Of a DNA stretch of 10,585 nucleotides, positions 7,428 to 10,585 are shown one piece after another. The stretch's first letter is position 1. Each line of letters starts with the position of its first letter. Made by a program: the position numbers and the translations under genes. Origin of the DNA: Armatimonadota bacterium (GTDB lineage: Bacteria; Sysuimicrobiota; Sysuimicrobiia; Sysuimicrobiales; Humicultoraceae); the NCBI GenBank assembly GCA_052386995.1, contig JBQTJP010000108.1, positions 1 to 10,585 on the forward strand, in the 5' to 3' direction. The notes beneath the pieces were generated by a model, which saw only the letters and a program-made list of their open reading frames with translations, did no database searches and was not told the origin of the DNA.

Positions 7428-9389
7428 GTGGCACGCGAGGCCCCCGAGGCTCACGAAGACCAGACGACGACGCTGCGCCAGCGGCTACTGCTCCACTTCA
7501 CCGTCGACCCCGACAAAGTGGTCAGCGCCGACGGGCTCGCGAAAATGCTGGGCGAATCGCCCCAGGAGATCGAGGCGGAGCTCGGCCGGCTGGCGGTGCT
7601 CGGGCACGTCGCAATCGAGCGCGGTTGGGATGGCACCCTGTACCGCGCGCCGGCCGAAGGCCGGAGAAAGCTCGGACAGCTTCTGGTGGACGCTGGCTTC
7701 CTCACCGAGCAACAGCTCGCCGACGCCCTGGAAGAGCAGGAAAGGACCGGCGATAAGCTCGGCCGCATCCTGATCGAGCGTGGGTACGTCCCCAAGCACA
7801 TCATCGGCCAGATCCTCGAAGCGCAGCGGGGCGTGCCCTACGTCAACCTCAGCACCTACCCCGTGGATGTCTCGCTGCTGCGCAGCATCCCGGAGGCCCT
7901 GATCACCGAGCACAAAGTGATGCCGATGGCACGCGAAGGCAACGAGGTCCACCTGGCCATGGTGGATCCGACCGATATCATCGCGATCGACCGGGTGGCA
8001 TTCATCACCAAGGCTCGGGTCAAGCCGTTCCTCACGACCGAATCGGACTTCGCGATCGCCCTCGGAAAGCACTTCGACGTCCAGATGCGCGTGACCGAGC
8101 GGGCCGGCGAGGTCGACGATGCGGACGCCCTCGACGCGCAGGTCGCGGCGGTCCGGATGTCTGAATCGCCTTTCGATCCTCCGGTGGTCCGCCTGGTAGA
8201 TTCGGTCATCCAGGGGGCGATTCGCGACGGTGCCACCGATATCCATATTGAGCCGCAGGAGGCCGAGACGGCGATCCGGTATCGGATCGACGGTCTGCTG
8301 AACGACAAGGCGAAGCTCCCCCGAGGCGTGGCCGCGGCAGTGGCCTCGCGCGTCAAGGTCCTCTCGGGCCTGGACATCTCCGAGCACATCAGGCCGCAGG
8401 ACGGCCGTATTCTGCTCGCGGACCAAGGGCGGGAGTACGACCTGCGCGTAGCCACCGTGGGATCGATCTTCGGCGAGCGGGTGACGATCCGTCTCCTCGA
8501 CAAGAGCCGCGTGCTCCGTGGCCTGGAACATCTGGGCCTGCTGCCGGACCAGGAGCCGATCGTCGGCCGGCTCCTTGAGAAGCCGTACGGCATGATCCTC
8601 GTCACGGGCCCGACGGGCTGCGGGAAGACAACGACGCTGTACGCCTGCATCAGCCGCATCAACGAGCGCTCCCGCAACATCATGACCGTCGAAGACCCGG
8701 TCGAGTACCACCTGGACGGGATCACCCAGATCGCGGCCCGCTTGAAGATGGGGATCACGTTCGCCACGGGGCTGCGCGCGATCATGCGGCAGGATCCGGA
8801 CGTGATCATGGTCGGCGAGGTCAGGGATCCTGACACGGCCCAGATCACAGTGCAGGCCGCGTTGACCGGCCACCTGGTCCTGACGACGCTCCACACCAAC
8901 GATGCGGCCGGGGCGATCGTCCGCCTCATCGAGATGGGCGTGGAACCGTACTTGATCACCTCCTCGATGCTCGCCGCCATCGGCCAGCGGCTCGTGCGGA
9001 CGCTCTGCGACTGCCGGGAGCCCTATGCGGCCGGCCCAGAGCTTCTGGTTGAGCTCGGCCTTGCCCCGGGCCAGATACCGCTACCCGCTCCTGATCGGTG
9101 GCATACCGGGCACGAGGTCGTGTTCTACAAACCCCGCGGATGTCCAGAGTGTGGCTTTCTGGGCTACAAGGGCCGCATCGGGATCTTTGAGGTCATGCTC
9201 GTCACCGATGAGATCCGAGAACTGATTCTCCAGCGCCGGCCGGCCGCCATTATCAACGACGCAGCTGTGGCCGCCGGAATGCGGACGATGTCTTCGAGCG
9301 GCATCGAGAAGGCGCGCGCGGGCGTCACGAGCATCGAAGAGCTCCGGCGGGTGATCCTTTCCGACACTGCGAAGCGGCAGGACGACTGA
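7428..9389 (+). CDS. pilB: PilB/GspE-family assembly ATPase with a tandem MshEN module and an extra N-terminal putative winged-helix domain
   Basis: GTG at 7428 follows GGAGG (7418-7422). Motifs: ATDIHIEP, RYRIDG, PQDGR, Walker A GPTGCGKTTT, Asp box TVEDPVE, Walker B RQDPDVIMVGEVRD, His box TGHLVLTTLHTND, and Zn ligands LCDC..GCPEC. Followed by a GspF-family gene. T4P versus T2SS cannot be fully resolved in this window. Confidence 0.9.
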   Translation: MAREAPEAHEDQTTTLRQRLLLHFTVDPDKVVSADGLAKMLGESPQEIEAELGRLAVLGHVAIERGWDGTLYRAPAEGRRKLGQLLVDAGFLTEQQLADALEEQERTGDKLGRILIERGYVPKHIIGQILEAQRGVPYVNLSTYPVDVSLLRSIPEALITEHKVMPMAREGNEVHLAMVDPTDIIAIDRVAFITKARVKPFLTTESDFAIALGKHFDVQMRVTERAGEVDDADALDAQVAAVRMSESPFDPPVVRLVDSVIQGAIRDGATDIHIEPQEAETAIRYRIDGLLNDKAKLPRGVAAAVASRVKVLSGLDISEHIRPQDGRILLADQGREYDLRVATVGSIFGERVTIRLLDKSRVLRGLEHLGLLPDQEPIVGRLLEKPYGMILVTGPTGCGKTTTLYACISRINERSRNIMTVEDPVEYHLDGITQIAARLKMGITFATGLRAIMRQDPDVIMVGEVRDPDTAQITVQAALTGHLVLTTLHTNDAAGAIVRLIEMGVEPYLITSSMLAAIGQRLVRTLCDCREPYAAGPELLVELGLAPGQIPLPAPDRWHTGHEVVFYKPRGCPECGFLGYKGRIGIFEVMLVTDEIRELILQRRPAAIINDAAVAAGMRTMSSSGIEKARAGVTSIEELRRVILSDTAKRQDD

Positions 9390-9392
9390 GAC

Positions 9393-10585
9393 ATGGGGAC
9401 GTTCACCTACACGGTCAGGGATGCCGCCGGGGCGATCCACCGTGGCGCGTTGGAGGCCGATGACTCCGAAGGCGCGCGGGCGCGCCTTCGCCAGCAAGGG
9501 TACTTCATCACCTCAGTACAGCCCGCCCGCACGCGCGGGCGCGCGCTCCCCTGGTTTCTCGGCCGGGGGGTGTCACTCGTGGAAGTCACGACGTTTACCT
9601 ATCAGCTGTCCGGGCTGGTCGGCGCGGGCGTGACACTGCTCAGGAGCCTGACTGCGCTGCGCGACGAGACCGACAGTCGCCTATTACGGCGGGTGATAAC
9701 CGAGATGCTGGGGGATCTCGAGGCCGGCCGGCGGTTCTCACAGGCTCTGGAGAGGCACCCGGCGGTCTTCTCGACGTTCTATGTCGGCATGATCCGGTCC
9801 GGTGAGGTCTCCGGCGGGCTCGACGTGGCCCTGGACCGCCTGGCCGACCTCCTCGACCGCGAGGGCGAGTTGCGCGCGAAATGGCGCGCGATGCTGGTCT
9901 ATCCGGCCATCGTGCTGGCACTCGCGGCCGTCGTGATCACGGTGTTCCTGATCTACGTCGTCCCCGCGTTCGAGAAGGTTTACCGGGCCGGCGGCGCCAC
10001 TCTTCCGACACCGACGCTGGTGCTCGTCGGCCTGAGCCACATCGTGCGCCGGCACTACCTCCTGATCCTGGCCGCGGTCGCGGCTGCCCTCTGGGTGGCC
10101 GGCCAGCGCGCGATCTGGCTCCGGTTCCGGCCCTGGTTCGACAATCTGATGCTGCGGCTGCCGCTCTTCGGGCACGTGGCGCGCCTCGTCGTGCTGAGCC
10201 GCTTCACACGCACGCTGGGAACGATGCTCAAAAGCGGCGTGCCAATCCTCGGCGCGCTGAGTGCCACGGCGGACGCGGTCGACCGCCGGGTGATGCACCA
10301 GGCGATCGATACTATCCAGGAGGAGGTCAACCGCGGCAGGCGCCTGCGGGAGGCGATGGGCAAGATCCCACTGTTCACCCCGATGCTGCTGCAGGTGGTC
10401 GCTATCGGGGAAGAGTCTGGAACCCTGGACGAGATGCTGGGGCGGGCCGCCGATCTGCTCGACCGGCAGATCGACTTCGCGGTCAAGCGGCTGCTCACGC
10501 TCATGGAGCCGGCGTTGACCCTGGTGTTGGGGGGGATCGTCGGGCTGATCCTGATCGCGCTCTACCTGCCGATCTTCGGGCTGGC
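9393..10585 (+). CDS. pilC: PilC/GspF-family inner-membrane platform protein (3' end just beyond the window)
   Basis: Absent from the ORF track because there is no stop in the window. Frame from ATG 9393 reads MGTFTYTVRDAAGAIHRGALEA..FTYQLSGLVGAGV..HPAVFSTFYVGMIRSGEVSGGLD..MLVYP..LKSGVP..GEESGTLDEML..LMEP..IALYLPIFGL, i.e. two GspF repeats. Confidence 0.93.
   Translation, partial: MGTFTYTVRDAAGAIHRGALEADDSEGARARLRQQGYFITSVQPARTRGRALPWFLGRGVSLVEVTTFTYQLSGLVGAGVTLLRSLTALRDETDSRLLRRVITEMLGDLEAGRRFSQALERHPAVFSTFYVGMIRSGEVSGGLDVALDRLADLLDREGELRAKWRAMLVYPAIVLALAAVVITVFLIYVVPAFEKVYRAGGATLPTPTLVLVGLSHIVRRHYLLILAAVAAALWVAGQRAIWLRFRPWFDNLMLRLPLFGHVARLVVLSRFTRTLGTMLKSGVPILGALSATADAVDRRVMHQAIDTIQEEVNRGRRLREAMGKIPLFTPMLLQVVAIGEESGTLDEMLGRAADLLDRQIDFAVKRLLTLMEPALTLVLGGIVGLILIALYLPIFGL

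Noticed and set aside
7485..8980. Long minus-strand ORFs (7485..8894, 7856..8980) and similar ones opposite lysA, scpA and plsC
   Set aside because: They are antisense shadows of well-supported genes in high-GC DNA with few stop codons, and contain no recognisable motifs.
1..10585. CRISPR arrays, tRNA/rRNA genes, IS elements and intrinsic terminators
   Set aside because: I saw no regularly spaced repeats, cloverleaf, transposase or hairpin-plus-U-tract. The window is almost entirely protein-coding.

Overview
This is a high-GC bacterial chromosomal window with three parts. (1) 32-541, minus strand: a broken, chimeric gene. It has a signal peptide and the start of a GH43/32/130-like five-bladed beta-propeller, one +1 frameshift at 431-433, and an abrupt out-of-frame join to what looks like the last ~30 codons of an LpqC/PHB-depolymerase-type esterase. 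(2) 655-7065, plus strand: a tightly coupled housekeeping operon, lysA - site-2 protease - scpA - scpB - D-Ala-D-Ala carboxypeptidase - SAM methyltransferase - cmk - plsC. A TTGACA/extended -10 promoter suggests an almost leaderless lysA mRNA. cmk has no canonical in-frame start before its P-loop and appears to start at a CTG behind a perfect AAGGAGG. (3) 7177-end: a type IV pilus/T2SS-like locus with a small excisionase/BldC-like HTH gene, a PilB/GspE ATPase and PilC/GspF (runs off the window). The most unusual element is the ATPase, which appears to carry a winged-helix domain in front of a complete tandem MshEN (c-di-GMP-type) module, directly behind the Xis-like gene. All calls come from motifs read by eye; no searches were run.
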